Shown piece after piece: positions 1 through 16,989 of a DNA stretch of 64,000 nucleotides. The notes under the pieces were generated by a model. It worked only from the letters and a program-made list of their open reading frames with translations, searched no databases and was not told the origin of the DNA. This DNA comes from Octopus vulgaris. Taxonomy: Eukaryota. The position numbers and the translations under genes were made by a program. Each line of letters opens with the position of its first letter. The first letter of the stretch is position 1. The stretch covers positions 88,412,001 to 88,476,000 of the forward strand of contig OX597819.1 of NCBI GenBank assembly GCA_951406725.2, given 5' to 3'.

Positions 1-242
1 CCACTAAGCCACGTGCCTTCACTATCTACCATTATACACAGTTTCAAACTACACAAGTGAATGTGTGAAAAAAATACAAAATAGGAACTTTGAAAGAAGT
101 ATCTATAAAACTAGTTTTTAACCATCGAATGGCTATGGGGTTTCACCAGATTAAAATAATAATCAAAGGGTTCCACAGGTAAAAAATGATTGAGAACCAT
201 TGAAGAATAAGAATTTGATCGGAATCTCGACTCTAAATAAAC

Positions 243-400
243 TTACGTCCCCGTAACTTAGCGGTTCGGTAAAAGAGACCGATAGAATAAGTACTAGGCC
301 TACAAAGAATAAGTCCTGGGGTCGATTTGCTCGACTAAAGGTGGTGCTCCAGCATGGCCACGGTCAAATGACTGAAACAAGTAAAAAAGTAAAAGAGTAA
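243..400 (+). mobile_element. SINE family A, 3' fragment
   Basis: Matches the 3' half of full copies at 11027, 25920 and 48025 (ttacgtccccgtaacttagcggttcgg...ccagcatggcc...gactgaaacaagtaaaa). Confidence 0.85.
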
Positions 401-909
401 CGTAGCCAAACTTTACCACTATTTTGGAGCCAGTCGAATGATAAGAATGGTTTCGTGACAGACTTCATATTTTGTAAAATTTGGTGCTGTCGTTTTGCGG
501 AACTCATGACAAAATTCTTAGCTTCCATCTGAGAGTCCACATCATTTTCTTTCAATTTACGTACTATTTCTACAACACAATGCTGGTTTTGAAACGTGAA
601 ATTTGTTTACAATCATAACCTGTTCTGAAATGAAAATGGACCTCGGTGAGGAATTTTTATTGTGTTAGTAACGCGAAATATTCTTCTTGTACTCAGGATC
701 AAATATACACAGCGGAGATGGTAACATACCAACTGAAACACCCATCCACCAACCAACTAACCAGCCAACCAACTGGTCGACGGTTCGTCTTTTACATTGG
801 ATGAACAAAGTGGGGGCCTCGTAACGAGGCAACGGGCTTTTATACAATCGTTTGACTAGCTAAAAATAACCGCGTGCATGTGCATGTATATTTATATATA
901 TATATATAT

Positions 910-1407
910 CCGACTCGTGGCCGATGCCAGCGCCGCCTCCACTGGCTTCCGTGCCGGTGGCACGTAAAATACACCAATCTGACCGTACGACAGGCACCCA
1001 TGCCAACCCCCTTGCTTGCGAAGACATGTTGGGGCAAGCGAAATCGAAATCGAATTGAACCAGCCAGGATCCCTGGTCTGGTGGTACGTAAAAAGCACTA
1101 TCCGACTCGTGGCCGATGCCAGCACCCCCTCGTTTGGCTTCCGTGCAGGTGGCACATAAAATACACCAATCCGACCGTGGCCGTTGCCAGCCTCGCCTGG
1201 CACCTGTGCAGGTGGCACGTAAAAAGCACCCACTACACTCACGGAGTGGTTGGCGTTAGGAAGGGCATCCAGCTGTAGAAACACTGCCAGATAAGACTGG
1301 AGCCTGGTGCAGCCTTCTGGCTTTCCAGATCCCCGGTCGAACCGTCCAACCCATGCTAGCATGGAGAACGGACGTTAAACGATGATGATGATGATGATGA
1401 TGATGAT
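910..1407 (+). mobile_element. Short retroposon (family C) with internal tandem subrepeats and (GAT)n tail
   Basis: Repeated gtggcacgtaaaa/ggccgatgccag units, the ggttggcgttaggaagggcatccagc motif typical of RTE-related SINEs, and a tail ggacgttaaac(gat)n. A second copy is inverted at 37640-38036. Confidence 0.8.
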
Positions 1408-1409
1408 AA

Positions 1410-1443
<34 letters not shown>

Positions 1444-1669
1444 GAGACAAGTATTCTCTGTACAGAATACACATCGTAGTGCCCAACAGATTTGAACTTG
1501 AGCAGGTAGAGCAGTAAATATAAGGACAAACAAGTTAGACAAGTCAGTATGCAAAAAAATGTTAAATACGTTTAATACAAAAAATGTACATATGTATGCA
1601 TATAAAAAAATCCGACTTAGAATATAAATGATATCAGGAATTAAAGGGGTTGAGTAAGAGTTTTATGAG

Positions 1670-1762
1670 TCCCACAGCTATTTCTGGGGTGTTTGGTGGT
1701 CGAAACTAATAATTGTAACTTGATTACATCATCGGATAACACCAGCCCCCCGTCTTCAGGAA
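1670..1762 (-). ncRNA. Degenerate minimal hammerhead ribozyme motif
   Basis: Minus strand: TTC-CTGAAGA-CGGGG...CCCCA-GAAA-TAGCTG-TG-GGA. Core and helix II are present, but the cleavage position is G, so it is probably inactive. Confidence 0.5.
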
Positions 1763-1792
1763 AGAATTTTACATTTTATATATGTATGTGTG

Positions 1793-1823
<31 letters not shown>

Positions 1824-2224
1824 ACACATATATACACATATATTTTGATATTTCTCATTATAAAATTTATTGTTCCCTTGTCATTTATTTAATTTCAAAT
1901 ATACACACATATATAGACAAACATATTTCTGAGGAACCTAATGAACCTTCATCATGGCAAGAAACGCAAATAAGTGGGGATGGCGTTATCCGACACCCTC
2001 GTCCACCTGAACATAGAGAGAAGGCTGGGAAAATAGAATGACAAAGACTAACATTCAAATCAATGATGGTGCTCCAGCATGGGCACAACCTCTGAATGAA
2101 ATAAGTAAAGGAGTAAATGATAGTATATGTGTGTGTTGTATGTGTGTGCATGTTAGTGTGTATATGCGCCTGTACGCTTATATGTATATGTTAACTTAAT
2201 GATGATGATGATGATGATGATGAA

Positions 2225-2267
<43 letters not shown>

Positions 2268-2376
2268 TGATGATGATAAATAAGTAAATAAATAAATATA
2301 TAAAATCTCAGTAGAATGTGTCGTTTCTAAGAATCTCCACAGAGGTCTACTCAATTCCACAGCCGGTCGTGGAATG

Positions 2377-2433
<57 letters not shown>

Positions 2434-2734
2434 GCTGCTGCTACTGCTGCTGCTGCTGACGACATGTTGCTGTTAAAGACCCCTGAGACAAAAAGTACAT
2501 CACCAGCTATGTTTTCCACGCCCGTCTAAATTCTGAAATCGTTATGCTAAATTGACAGAACGCACAGTTGTACAATGAACAGTTTCTGAAAGTCAATAGT
2601 TTTTATTTCCGGTGAGATTTCTTGTATTTTTGGACTGATCCGTTGGCTGATATCTCTTGAAGTTTCACATTTGTACACACACACATATTCGTATACATAC
2701 GCAAGCATATACTCATACCATGTATGTATGTATC

Positions 2735-2771
<37 letters not shown>

Positions 2772-2775
2772 CTAT

Positions 2776-4114
<1,339 letters not shown>

Positions 4115-4116
4115 TA

Positions 4117-4179
<63 letters not shown>

Positions 4180-5188
4180 CTGAAATGTGAAAAGTTTGTG
4201 TGGGGATTGGTACAGGTTAAGGGGCACTAGATGGGGTCAGATTGGCTCCAAAATTTACAGGGACATGTAAAAAGAGGCGAGGAAGTGGGTGGACTAGGTT
4301 AGAAATCCCTATCTTAAAAGCTGTGGTTACTAGGGCAACAAAACCCACACTTTGACAAGTGTTTGTCATTTCTCTCTTTCGGATATCACCCTCTCTTCCT
4401 CCTTCTCTCTTTCTTTCCTTCCCTCGACTTTCTCTCTGTAACGACGTTTAACAGCTTCACCGTCTCTCTGTCACTCTTTTCCCACCACCTCTCTCACTGT
4501 ACGTCTGTCTGTATCTATAGAGAGAAAGCGTTGACAGTCGCAAAAGTTTAAATATTCCCGCTACAGGTCCTTTAGAACAGTGAATTATTATCGCCCACTA
4601 CCACCGCACAATCATAAAAGATATTATTAATCAGATATGTAGTGTTAATTTATATATATGTGTGTCTATATAAATACATATATAATGTGTATACATATAT
4701 ATATGTGTATATATATATATAAAGTGTATATATTTATATATATGTGTGTAGTTATATATATATATATATATGTGTAGACATGTATATATAATGCGTATAT
4801 ATGTACATATTTAATGCGTATTGGATTTTTATGTAAAAAGGGGTCTAAATGAGGCTGGAGTGGGATTAAAATTTACAGGAGGGGGTAACTTGAGGTGGGA
4901 AATTGATTGGGAGACGTTTTGGGGCGCAACAGTGTGAAAACTGGGATTATATTAATCTTGGGGGACACTTGGGGGTCTAGATCGGATACCTTTTGTCAAA
5001 TTTCAATCTAATTTTCAACATGGTAATGTGGAAGCGGATTTGTAAGAGTCGGAGATATGCCCAATGCAGCTTTGTCTCCCTTGTTAGCTTACTAGGATTG
5101 TGCTTTTGTGGTTAATGAGTCGTTTTGACTCTTATTTGTAGCAATGCTGGTACCACTTTATGCCTTCTGTCACTTCAGTGACGTCTAT

Positions 5189-5227
<39 letters not shown>

Positions 5228-5262
5228 TAGATAGATAGATAGATAGATATAGATATAGATAG

Positions 5263-5300
<38 letters not shown>

Positions 5301-5360
5301 GTGTGCGTGTGTGTGTGCGTATTATTATAATATATATTTATGCTTACATACGTACACATG

Positions 5361-5443
<83 letters not shown>

Positions 5444-5696
5444 ATACACACTCATACACAAATGAAAATTCGCCAAAAACACTCATTGAATGCATAATGG
5501 ACGAATAATAAATTTACTCTAAAACGCATTAAAAATATCAAAAAATATCAAATGAAATATTCGTCGAAATTTTAATATATTTCAAATAAATAGGTAAAAA
5601 GTTATTTTTAAAATAACGCAGTGATTTAATGATATTTGAGTCAATTGTCGTAATGTTTTGAAGTGCTAAAATTTAGAAATTGTGAACGTGTGTGCG

Positions 5697-5864
5697 TGGG
5701 CGTAGTTGTATGGTTAAGATGTTCGCTTTGCAACTACCTGTTTTGGGCTTCCGTGCCATTGTGTGGCAGTTAGGGAGAGTGTATTCTGCTACAGCTTCAG
5801 AGCGACAAATACCTAATGACTGAATTTCGTAGGCGGAAACTATGTAGAAGCCCGATGTATATGT

Positions 5865-5934
<70 letters not shown>

Positions 5935-6161
5935 AGTGTACGTATGTGTAAGTGTATGTATGCGTGTGGGTGTTTTTGTGTTTGTCCCCTTACCTTACCG
6001 CTTGACAGTCGGTGTTGGCTTGTTTACATCCGTGTAACATTAGCTTTCGGCAAAACAGACCGATAGAATTTTAACCAGACTTTTGAAACAAAATTAAGTA
6101 CCTAGGTTTATTTGATTTATTAAAGCCTACGAAGCGGTGCCCCAGCATAGCCACAGTCCAA
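5697..6161 (+). mobile_element. SINE family A, old diverged copy
   Basis: Colinear with family A: head, internal (GT)n, cggcaaaa..gaccgatagaat, gcggtgccccagcat. Confidence 0.7.
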
Positions 6162-6639
6162 CAATATAAATCAGAATTAATGTATTTATATGTAGTGTAA
6201 CGTTTTCTTATCGGGTTGTGGAAGTTATTTGTGATAATCATAAAATATAAATTCATATCACAAGTGTTCTTGAGAAAGATACGCTCAACTCATAATAACT
6301 AACAGTAATACTGATGACTGATCACGTATCAGATAATTTAGTAGTTAGTGTTCATCGAATTGTTCTGATCGTAGGCGCGGGTATCAGTGGACTTCACATC
6401 TCTGCGAACATTTATCTTCAAATACATTTATTTTCTTATAAAAAAAATTGTTGTCTGAAAATATATACTGAAAATATAATTTAAAATGACATAATTTAAT
6501 AGTAATTTGCTCTAACTTTAAAATTACAATAAGTTGCTTTAACCATATATACATTATCTTTTACCTTTTGCTGGTTTCAGCCCAGGGCTGAGGTTATGCT
6601 GGTGCACAACCTGTAGTTACTCGGTGTTGTTTCTGGTAT

Positions 6640-7380
6640 TGTTTTTGGTGAAGTAGCGAGTTGAACGAATCTCCTCTTCTTTGGGTCTCCTGCCGCGATG
6701 TCGGTTCATCTGGTATCTCAGATAGAAACCTGTCCAGGCGTTCCTTGAAAACTTCCACATCAACATCATGTCAATCTCTAAGGTTGCCTGGCAAGATGTT
6801 GAACTATTGCGGGTCCTTGAAACCCAGACTATTGCACTACTGTGTCCTTATTTTAGATGTGGAAGACGGGATCTTTGGTATGATGCAGTGCCGCCCAGTT
6901 CGAAGATCGGTATAGCTGTCAATTCCAAAATTGGGAGCTAAACCTTCCATGATCTTCCAAATATATATCAAGCATATCTCTCTCGTCTTCTCTCTAGGGA
7001 ATAGAAACTCAGCTCCTTTAGCCCATCTTTTGCATCAAGTCAATCTTCTTTGTGTATTGGCGCTAGATTGCTTCGAGTTCCAGTTTAGTTTCACATTCTC
7101 TGGGAACCATAGTTAGTAGCAGTAGTCCAAGCGGCTGAGAACGAAAGTCTTCCATAGGAGTAGCAGGGCCTTCTTTTCCTGATTCTGAATGTCCCCGGAA
7201 TCCATCCAGTCACCCATCTGCACAGTGTTGGCAATATGCACATGAAATGTTGCATCATAGCTGATGTGAACCCCCAGATTACGCACCGACTCAGACTCTG
7301 GGATCGTATTACCTTCTGGTCCAGTGTATATTTTACATGTGCAAAATCAATGGTCACTCCCTGACCAACCATAACTAACA
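6640..7380 (-). mobile_element. CR1-like LINE, 3' ORF2 fragment (decayed)
   Basis: Minus-strand translation LKELSFYSLERRRERY..IYIWKIMEGLAPNFGID resembles the CR1/L2-group ORF2 C-terminus; multiple frameshifts. Confidence 0.7.
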
Positions 7381-7534
7381 ACCTTTTAAGTATTAGTGTT
7401 CTAAAGTTTTAGAGTGTGCTTCTCGTATTTCTGGATTTCTGACCGATAAATTTTACACATACATACATACATACATACATAATACATACATACATACATA
7501 CATACATACATACATACATACATACATACATACA

Positions 7535-7564
<30 letters not shown>

Positions 7565-7565
<1 letters not shown>

Positions 7566-7980
7566 GTGTTTGCAGTGCCAGTACTCACATCAACATTTGG
7601 GCTGCTTGATTAGACGCTTGATGAGATCCGAGCCCGAAAGATGTGAAAACCCGGAAGCTTCTAACAAGTACACATAATTTTCATACCAACAACCAAAATA
7701 AGGCGGCAGAGGCTTAACATCGATCCAAACAGCTTTTGAATGTCGTATCATATCCTCTCGGCAACATCTTTTAAACATCAAGAATCGAAGTGCACCCCTT
7801 GACCAAGTTTGTATACATGAGGCTAATTTCATGAGACTTGGAAGGCAGATCCTTGAAAAGCATTCCTGATAACCTGAAATACATACCAAAAGAAGTCGTA
7901 TAATTCTACTGCAACATATCAGATGAAAGGATCAGCATATATCAGCAGAAGACCAGGCGTGGATATGTTAGTAGAAAGCT
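7565..7980 (+). mobile_element. R4/Dong-type LINE fragment (old)
   Basis: FAVPVLTSTFGLLD*TLDEIRA...GGRGLTSIQTAFECRI aligns by eye to LAVPVVTYSYNVLNWNMSEVKN...GGRGLIQFE in the element at 53.6-55.8 kb. Confidence 0.65.
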
Positions 7981-8012
7981 TCGATATATATGTATATATA
8001 TATATATATATA

Positions 8013-8282
<270 letters not shown>

Positions 8283-8559
8283 CACATATGTAACATAGAG
8301 GAGTAAATAGATATAAATATGTATGCGTATATGAAATCTATGTATGTATATACGCACGTGTGTGTGCGTATATAGAAAAAAGTTAGAAGAGAGAGCAAAG
8401 CAAACGTATATATTCATACACACGACTGTATGAGCGTGTGTGCCCGCGCGCGCATGCGTGTCCAGTTATTAAACGAGATTTATTTCAGCTCATCGTATAA
8501 TTCTGACGGGTCACTAACACAAAAATGACAAGGCTGTCTTTATTTTATTCACAGATTTG

Positions 8560-9212
8560 TAGATATGTATACATATGCATGTAATATGTACATGCATGCA
8601 TATGTATGTGTGTGTGTGTGTGCATGTATGTATGTGTGTGTATGTATGTGTGTGTATGTATGTATGAATGTATGTATGCATGTATGTGGGTGTGTATGTG
8701 TGTATGTATGTTTGTGTGTATGTATGTATGTATGTATGTATGTATGTATGTATGTATGTATGTATGAATGTATGTGTGTGTGTATGTATGTATGTATACA
8801 TGTGTGTGTGTATGCATGTGTGTTGTGTATGTATGTATGTATGTATGTAGGTAGGTAGGTAGGTATGTATGTATGTGTGTATGTGTGTGTATGTATGTAT
8901 GAATGTATGTATGTATGTGTGCGTGTACGTATGTATGTATAAATGTATCTATGTATGTATGTATGTGTGTGTATGTATGTATGTATGTAAGTATGTATGT
9001 ATGTGTGTGCATGTGTGTGTATGTATGTATGTATGTATGTATGTATGTATGTATGTATGTATGTGTGTATGTATGCATGTATGTATGTATGTATGTGTGT
9101 GCATGTGTGTGTATGTATGTGTGTATGTATGTATGCATGTATGTATGTATGTATGTGCGTGCATGTGTGTGTATGTATGTATGTATGTATGTATGTATGT
9201 ATGTATGTATGT
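8560..9212. repeat. Compound (ATGT)n/(GT)n microsatellite
   Basis: Directly visible; source of spurious MYVC/HTYI ORFs. Confidence 0.95.
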
Positions 9213-9903
9213 AGTTAGCCGTATGTCACAACTGACACATGCCACGCCTTTGTATCTGTATGTGCTTCTGAAACAATGCAGAAAACCTAAAACGCGACGC
9301 GGAATGCGTATGCGCGCGCGCGTGTGCGCGTGTATGTGTGTACATATATATAGAGTTATGTATGTATAGAAGAGAGAGAGAAAGTGTGTGGGGGTAGAGA
9401 GAGGGACAAGAGAGAGAACGAAAGAGAGAACGAAAGAGAGGATGAAAAAGAGCGAGAGAGAGAGAGAGAGTGGGGGGAGAGAGAGTGATAATGTCATCGT
9501 TCTAATCTTTCGATCGATCGATCGATCGATACGTTCGTTTTTGAACTTGTGCATCAATGTTTTTATTTCCTATGTAAATTTAGAAACGTTCTTTCTATCT
9601 TAAGCTTGATGCTTGTTGCACAGCTATCTTACACGGAAATACATAAAGAGACGAACCTCTTACATTAACATATGTGCACCACTCCTCCCAGATACACACA
9701 CACACACACACACATACACACACACATTCACACACACACATTCATACACACACACACACTCACACTCGACACTGTTTCTTCTCCCTTGCCCATTTTTACT
9801 TTCCCTCCCTCCCTCCCCTTCACTCGAACACACACAGAGAAATACACATATGCTGTGACACACTTATCTCACACACATACACACACACACACACACACAC
9901 GCC

Positions 9904-9945
<42 letters not shown>

Positions 9946-10160
9946 TGCATGTATTCATGCTGTCACGTTCACCAAGCTGTGATACGCGCACGTAACAGAG
10001 CAAACGATACGCTAGTTCGCACCCACATATAATAACCATACGTGATTCTAGCCGTATCGTTTTCTCCCTATATGTAACTCTGTATGTGGGAGAAATATAT
10101 AGCTTTACGTTTGTATAGAAGCTGTACACATACGAACACACGCACACACGCACATACACA

Positions 10161-10212
<52 letters not shown>

Positions 10213-10387
10213 TACACACAAGTGAGGCCTCACGCATACACACGCGCATTCATACATACATATAGATTGTTATTTACACACATGTGTTCGTATATAACAT
10301 ACATGGTCATATATACACAAATTCTATCTACCTGTGTGTGTGTATACTCATATTAATAGATTTATGTACGCATTTATATATAGGTAC

Positions 10388-10452
<65 letters not shown>

Positions 10453-10530
10453 ATGTGTATGTGTGTATATGTATGTAAGTATTTATGTATGTATGTATAA
10501 GTATATGTGTGTATATACACACACACACAT

Positions 10531-10579
<49 letters not shown>

Positions 10580-10927
10580 CTCAAGGTGGTACCCCCCGCA
10601 TGGCCGCAAACTAATGACTGAAACAAGTAAAAGATAAGATACATATATACACGTGCGCCTACAAACGTACAGACAAACACACACACACACACACATACAC
10701 CCCCACACACACACACACATTTAGAGTGAGAGAACGAGCGAGAAACACAAAGAGAAAAAGAGGAAAGAGAGAGGGTGAGAGAGGAGCAAAGAAGGCAGGA
10801 ATGTGGTATGCGATGGAAAAATTCGTCTAGCAACCACGCAGTTACGGGTTCAATCCCACTACGCACCATGTTGGTTAAATGCCTTGCACAGGCTGATATA
10901 TCCACCTATCCATACCTACACACACAC

Positions 10928-11456
<529 letters not shown>

Positions 11457-11757
11457 TAAGTATATATATATACATATATATACATATATGCATGCACATA
11501 AATAGATATGTACACCCACTGATTCACAAACAAACAAACAAACAAACACACATACACTACACACACACACGTAAATACATACATGTAAACACAGGTCGAT
11601 AGTTGAATAAACAGAAATAAACAGATACCCAGATGTTAGTTTATCAACCAATCATAAAGCTTCGTATAATGTTATGCTGTATGCGAGAGGCACGAAAGCC
11701 TCTTGTGGAGCCGTTCCTTATTTAAGTTCACTGAGTGCAGACTGTGTAACAGGTATG

Positions 11758-11793
<36 letters not shown>

Positions 11794-12276
11794 TCTGAAT
11801 GGTTCATATAAGAACTGAATCCGGATGTTGTTGATTCGATTCGTCAGCAACTATCATTCTATGAGGGTGTGGTAGATAGTTAGTGGTAACGGATGTAAAA
11901 GGTGCATGAGTGCATTGTGCACGAATATTTAAAAGATAGATAAAAAAAAAAAGGTGGGCTAGAATGAGTGCATTGAACTGACACACACGCACGACTATCA
12001 TTCATCATCTTGTATCATTGTGCGTCTGTGCCTCTAGGGTTTCCCTTACGTATCTGCCAAGGAGGAAATAGGCTCTTGGTCCTTCCTCTCAAAATTGAAG
12101 ACAGGGACTCAGATTTCTTTCTTCCTTTTTTTTTTCTATTTTCACAGGATGGTGCCAATCAGATAAATGCAGGCCCCCACCTTGGTTCTCCGGGCCCCCG
12201 CACTGATGAAGCAGATGAAACACACCCCTATTTTAAGTTCTGTGTAAGATCCCAAATATATCCGCCTATTATAGGC

Positions 12277-12348
<72 letters not shown>

Positions 12349-12527
12349 GTCTGTCTGTCTGTCTGTCTGTCTTTTTATCTGTATACACACACATACACAC
12401 ATATACACAAACATACATACATACATACATACATACATACATACATACATACATACATACATACACACATACACACATACATACATACATACATACATAC
12501 ATACATACATACATACATACATACATA

Positions 12528-13262
12528 CAGTACCGTGCAAAAGTCTACGGCCACTTTAGACTATCGTAAATTTCTACTAATTGCCAACTTATAAGTGGAT
12601 GTTTTGCATTAAGTTTTTTACAGACGAAACATTTGCCTTGTCGGAGTCATTTCCATACCCAATCATTATATTTTGTAGTAGATGTTCTGAATGAGAGGGG
12701 GAAGATGCGAGACGCCGTGCAAAAGTTTTCGAACACCTCCCGTAAACCAATCAAGGTACAGTGCTGTTTTAAAGCAGAAAAATGACTATAATCAAAATTT
12801 ACTACATCATGGTCATTTCAAGAAGTTACTGTACGTTGTTAATATTTCGTGTGGCTTCTCTAAGCTTGAATAATTGCTTCAGCGCATCTGGGAAGAGATG
12901 CGCACAAATCCTTCACCATCTCCACAGGTATGTGAAGCCATTCTCTGTAGCTGAGCTCCCATAACTCTTCAAGATTGTATGGATTCCTCTGACGAATTCT
13001 TCTCTTTTGCTCTGTCCACATTTGTTCGATGATATTTAAGTCAGAGCTCTGAGCTGACCAGTCTTTCAATGCGGTAACACCTTCATCAGATCTGCGACAT
13101 GGAACTCCGTCATGTTGAAAAATCTCACCTTCAACCAAGTCTGGTATCAAATTGTCCTTCAGCAACCGGATGTATTTGGCACTGTTCATGTTACCGTCAA
13201 TCGTAACCAACTTTCTTGAACCACCACTTTTTTATGTATTCCCAAAGCATCAGACTCTTACC
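12528..13262 (-). mobile_element. Tc1-like transposon, 3' part
   Basis: TA + terminal cagtaccgtgcaaaagt, inner repeat ccgtgcaaaagt at 12715; ORF 12860-13210 GNMNSAKYIRLL...FQHDGVPC...WSAQSSDLNIIEQMW. Confidence 0.85.
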
Positions 13263-13576
13263 CCACAAACTTCACTATTTTCGTCGATAGCGTGGGTGAC
13301 TTTCGCTTTCTAATATGTGAGAATTTGTCAGAAGGCCTCCAGGAGGCCTCCACGACGGAAAGAGAGAAACGAGAGAAACACAGAATGAGAAAAAGACAGG
13401 GAGAAGAGAGAAAGCAAGTTTCAATAGGAGCAGTTGAAGGAGAGAGGGATAGTGGGAGAGAGAGAGAGAGAGAGAGAGACTCTGATGTTTGATACAGTAT
13501 GTTCTGTAGGTGAAGGTGAAAGAAAGCCGGCACAAAGAGAGGAGGAAAGCAGGAGAGAAAGAGACACTGAAGTCTG

Positions 13577-13635
<59 letters not shown>

Positions 13636-13729
13636 GCGTGCGCGCACACTTGTGAAGATATTCACGTAACTTTTACTCATTTTTTTTTCATTTAATCCCA
13701 ATTTTAATTTTCAAAAAAAATTCCGAGAA

Positions 13730-14292
13730 AAATGTTCTCACTCTCTTCAAGAGGAGACAGGGTAGATGTAGATGATCCGTATTCTACAGTGAAGCAAAGA
13801 CGAGTACAGGCAGCTACAGTAAGGTCACTAGAGACCCCTGCACAACGACAGCAGAGACATGAAAACGACCGAAGGAGAGCTGCTGCACGCAGGGCCAATG
13901 AGTCACAAGGGGCAAGGGAAAACGGTTAGAACAATTACGTCAACAAAATGCAATCTGCAGGAGCCAAGAGTCAAAAAAAGGAAAGAGAAAAACGTTTAAA
14001 GGACAAAGACAAAAACAAGCTGCCAGAGTTGCCATTGAGACAATAAATAGATCAGCGAGCGATGAGACAAAGAAAAAAAACCAGGAACAAACAGTTGCTG
14101 CAAGACTCCTCAGAAGAAAGACGTAAGCGTCTTCATCAAGATAAGCTAAATACCTTTGACAAAAAAGTTTCAGATTTTAAGGGGACTTGGAAAAGATCAA
14201 CTTTCAACTATGATCCAAAACATGATTATTTGACAGAAAAATTGATAGATATTGGAGCAATATACACGTGCGCGCACAAACGTATACACACA

Positions 14293-14338
<46 letters not shown>

Positions 14339-15215
14339 CACAGACATACGCACGTGTGCGCACACACGTACACACATACACACGCCCATTTAGAGTGAGA
14401 GAACGAGCGAGAAAGACAAAGAGAAAAAGAGGAAAGAGAGAGGGTGAGAGAGAAGCAGAGAAGGCAGGAATGTGGTATGTGATGGAAAAATTCGTCTCGC
14501 AACCACGCGGTTACGTGTTCAATCCCATATGTGCCACGTTGGCTAAATGTCTTGCACAGGCTGATATATCCACCTATCCATACCTACACACACACACACA
14601 CACAGACATAAATATATATAGTTTTTTGTAAAGGAAAGAAATGGGAAAGAGAAACCACCAGTATGTGTTGTGGTGGAGGACAGGCTCTTTTACCGATGTT
14701 TGGTACACCAGATACTTTGAAGGCATTGCTTTTGACAAACACAAGGAGTATGCACTTCTTGAAAAGCATTAGGAATTATAATTCTGCTTTCCAAATGACC
14801 TCCTTAGGTAGCAATATTATAAGAGAAGGGAACATGAAGCCGATATTTAAAGTTCAAGATCAAGTATACCATCGTATTGGATCTTTGCTGCCAACTGAAG
14901 GCAAAAATCCTCAGTTTTCACGGCTATATTTTGTGGCAAATTAAAAGGAGCAGGCTTTGCAACGGTCATTTAACCTTCTAGATTTGAAAGAAGAGTTAAT
15001 CTTTGATCTGCAAACAATAGCTACACCAGAAGCTTCAAGTATGCAGTGGACCCTGCACCACCCACTGAATACAAGATAGTTATTGATGCTGACAAAAAGC
15101 CTGTTGCTGAGCACAGAGGCCGCTACAATGCCCCTGCTATAAATCAAGTAGCAGCAATTAGTACAGGCGACGAGTATGGGAAGAGAGATATCATTATTCA
15201 AGGAAGGGGTGTTAT
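13730..15215 (+). mobile_element. Helitron RepHel N-terminal remnant, interrupted
   Basis: Charged N-terminal repeats, FNYDP..IDIGA, MCCGGGQ, FLKSIRNYNSAFQMTSLG, FKVQDQVYHRIGSLLP, EHRGRYNAP..RDII are characteristic Helitron motifs; stops and an insertion at 14261-14620. Confidence 0.85.
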
Positions 15216-15674
15216 GCAGCGGGATGAAAACGAAACCACATGCTTGTGAAGAGATACCTGCACACACACACACACGCGTGTGTGTGTATGTATATGATGT
15301 ACGTACATGTAAATAAATATGTAAAACCGCTGGCTCAGGAACGAAATTTGCTTAGGTGCTGCAAACCCAGACTCCCAAATTTTTTACAAAGTCGTTTTCT
15401 GTTTTATTTATTTATGTTCCTTGTTCTTTGAGAAGAAACCTAATTCAGGGTACTTTTCACAGATCCCTTTTTACTGTTTTGTAAACCTGAGAAAAATAAG
15501 TAGGGGTGCAAATTTTGATTTTGCACACCACAAAAATTTTAGTGGGTGCGGTTGCACCCCCCCCCGTTTCTGGGCTTATGTGTATAATGTATGTATATAC
15601 CTACATATGAGCAAGCATCATATTCAGTTCTTATCACATATTTAAGATAATGTGTTCTTTGTTTTATAAGAAGA

Positions 15675-16068
15675 CTAGCAGTATCGCCCGGCGTTGCCCG
15701 GGTTTGTAAGGGAAATAACTATATAAGCATTTTTAGAGATGTAAAGTATAATAGCCATCTCAATATGGCTAACCACAAAGGGGGGTGTTACTGTAGCTTT
15801 TTACGTTCTGAGATTTAATGATAAATTTTTAGAGAGTTACTTCCCTTATATATGCCAAAAATGCATTAAAAATGGGGAAAATTGATGGTAAAATTTTTAA
15901 AAATCGTAGACTCATCGTAGACGCGCGCTAATACCCAGAAGGGCTCGATATGAATCACGACTATAAGATACCCGGTTTTGGTTAAACTGCACCACAAAAT
16001 GTGGGAGTAGTTAGGAATCTAAATCGTAGGAGACAGGCAGCACACAACCTCTCTTTTATATATAAAAA
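15675..16068 (-). mobile_element. Non-autonomous Helitron
   Basis: Minus-strand 3' CTAG (15675-15678) preceded by the hairpin CCCGG-caacg..-CCGGG; T/A-rich 5' end near 16068. Confidence 0.75.
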
Positions 16069-16679
16069 TAGGATATAATTTTAAGGAGATTCAGTCGTTA
16101 TTTCCAGCAGGATGACCGAGCGCTTAGAGGTTCCCCGTTTCTGGTTGTTATTTTTTTTTCTGTGCCCTAAGTTTAGGATTCGGATGCGGTCTGTAATAAT
16201 GAATAATCACTGGAATGCTCTTGTGAAAATGTGGATAAGTCTTGGGATTCCCAGCCGTTTTTCGTTTCATTTACCACCATCACCACCACAACCATCACCT
16301 TACTTCGGCAACTGTTTTGAAAATATATTTGTTTCCATCTGTTTTGTTTTGAAATTCGTGCTTGCACTTTTATCATCATAAAACAACAAACAAAGAAGAA
16401 ATTATAATAAAAACAACTATTTTTAGAGACTATTATTTTAAGTTGAAATAACTATAACAATAACTCTGTCATTTCACGTATTTATGAACTAACGATGAAC
16501 GGATACCAGAATGCCGTCTTCTGAATTAGACTAAACCTTTAGCAGCATTGTAATTAAGACGGATACAATCCACATCGTGAATTCCAAAGTGAAATAAATA
16601 AATAAATAAATAAAATAAAATAAAATTTGTTTCACAATTTTCTTCTGAACTTCAGACTCTTGAAAACTTATTATTTGGA

Positions 16680-16757
<78 letters not shown>

Positions 16758-16799
16758 GAAAGAATGGAGTCGAACGACGATTTTAACAAAATTCCTTTA

Positions 16800-16882
16800 C
16801 TCTCGACACATGTTTCGAAGGCTGCATATTCGTAATTCCGAAGGAATAAAGGGTGCATTATGCCGCCATCTCATCAGGAAAG
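16800..16882 (-). ncRNA. Minimal type I hammerhead ribozyme (in ~235-bp element 16755-16990 flanked by (TA)n)
   Basis: CTTTC-CTGATGA-GATGGCGGCATA...TATGCAGCCTTC-GAAA-CATGTG-TC-GAGAG: helix I 5 bp, long helix II, near-palindromic helix III, GUC site. Confidence 0.8.
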
Positions 16883-16989
16883 ACAAGGAACTTATGTCAG
16901 CACCATGAAGAGCAAAAACTTTTAGATGACTGCTCACATGATTATCTATTAACCGAATTATCCATACTAGGATAATTCATTCACCTTCT

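Noticed and set aside
4175-5130. Non-autonomous Helitron-like element
   Set aside because: The 5' end looks similar, but no clear hairpin/CTAG 3' end could be placed.
12200-12232. Hammerhead at ctgatgaagcagatgaaac
   Set aside because: No helix I, II or III pairing.
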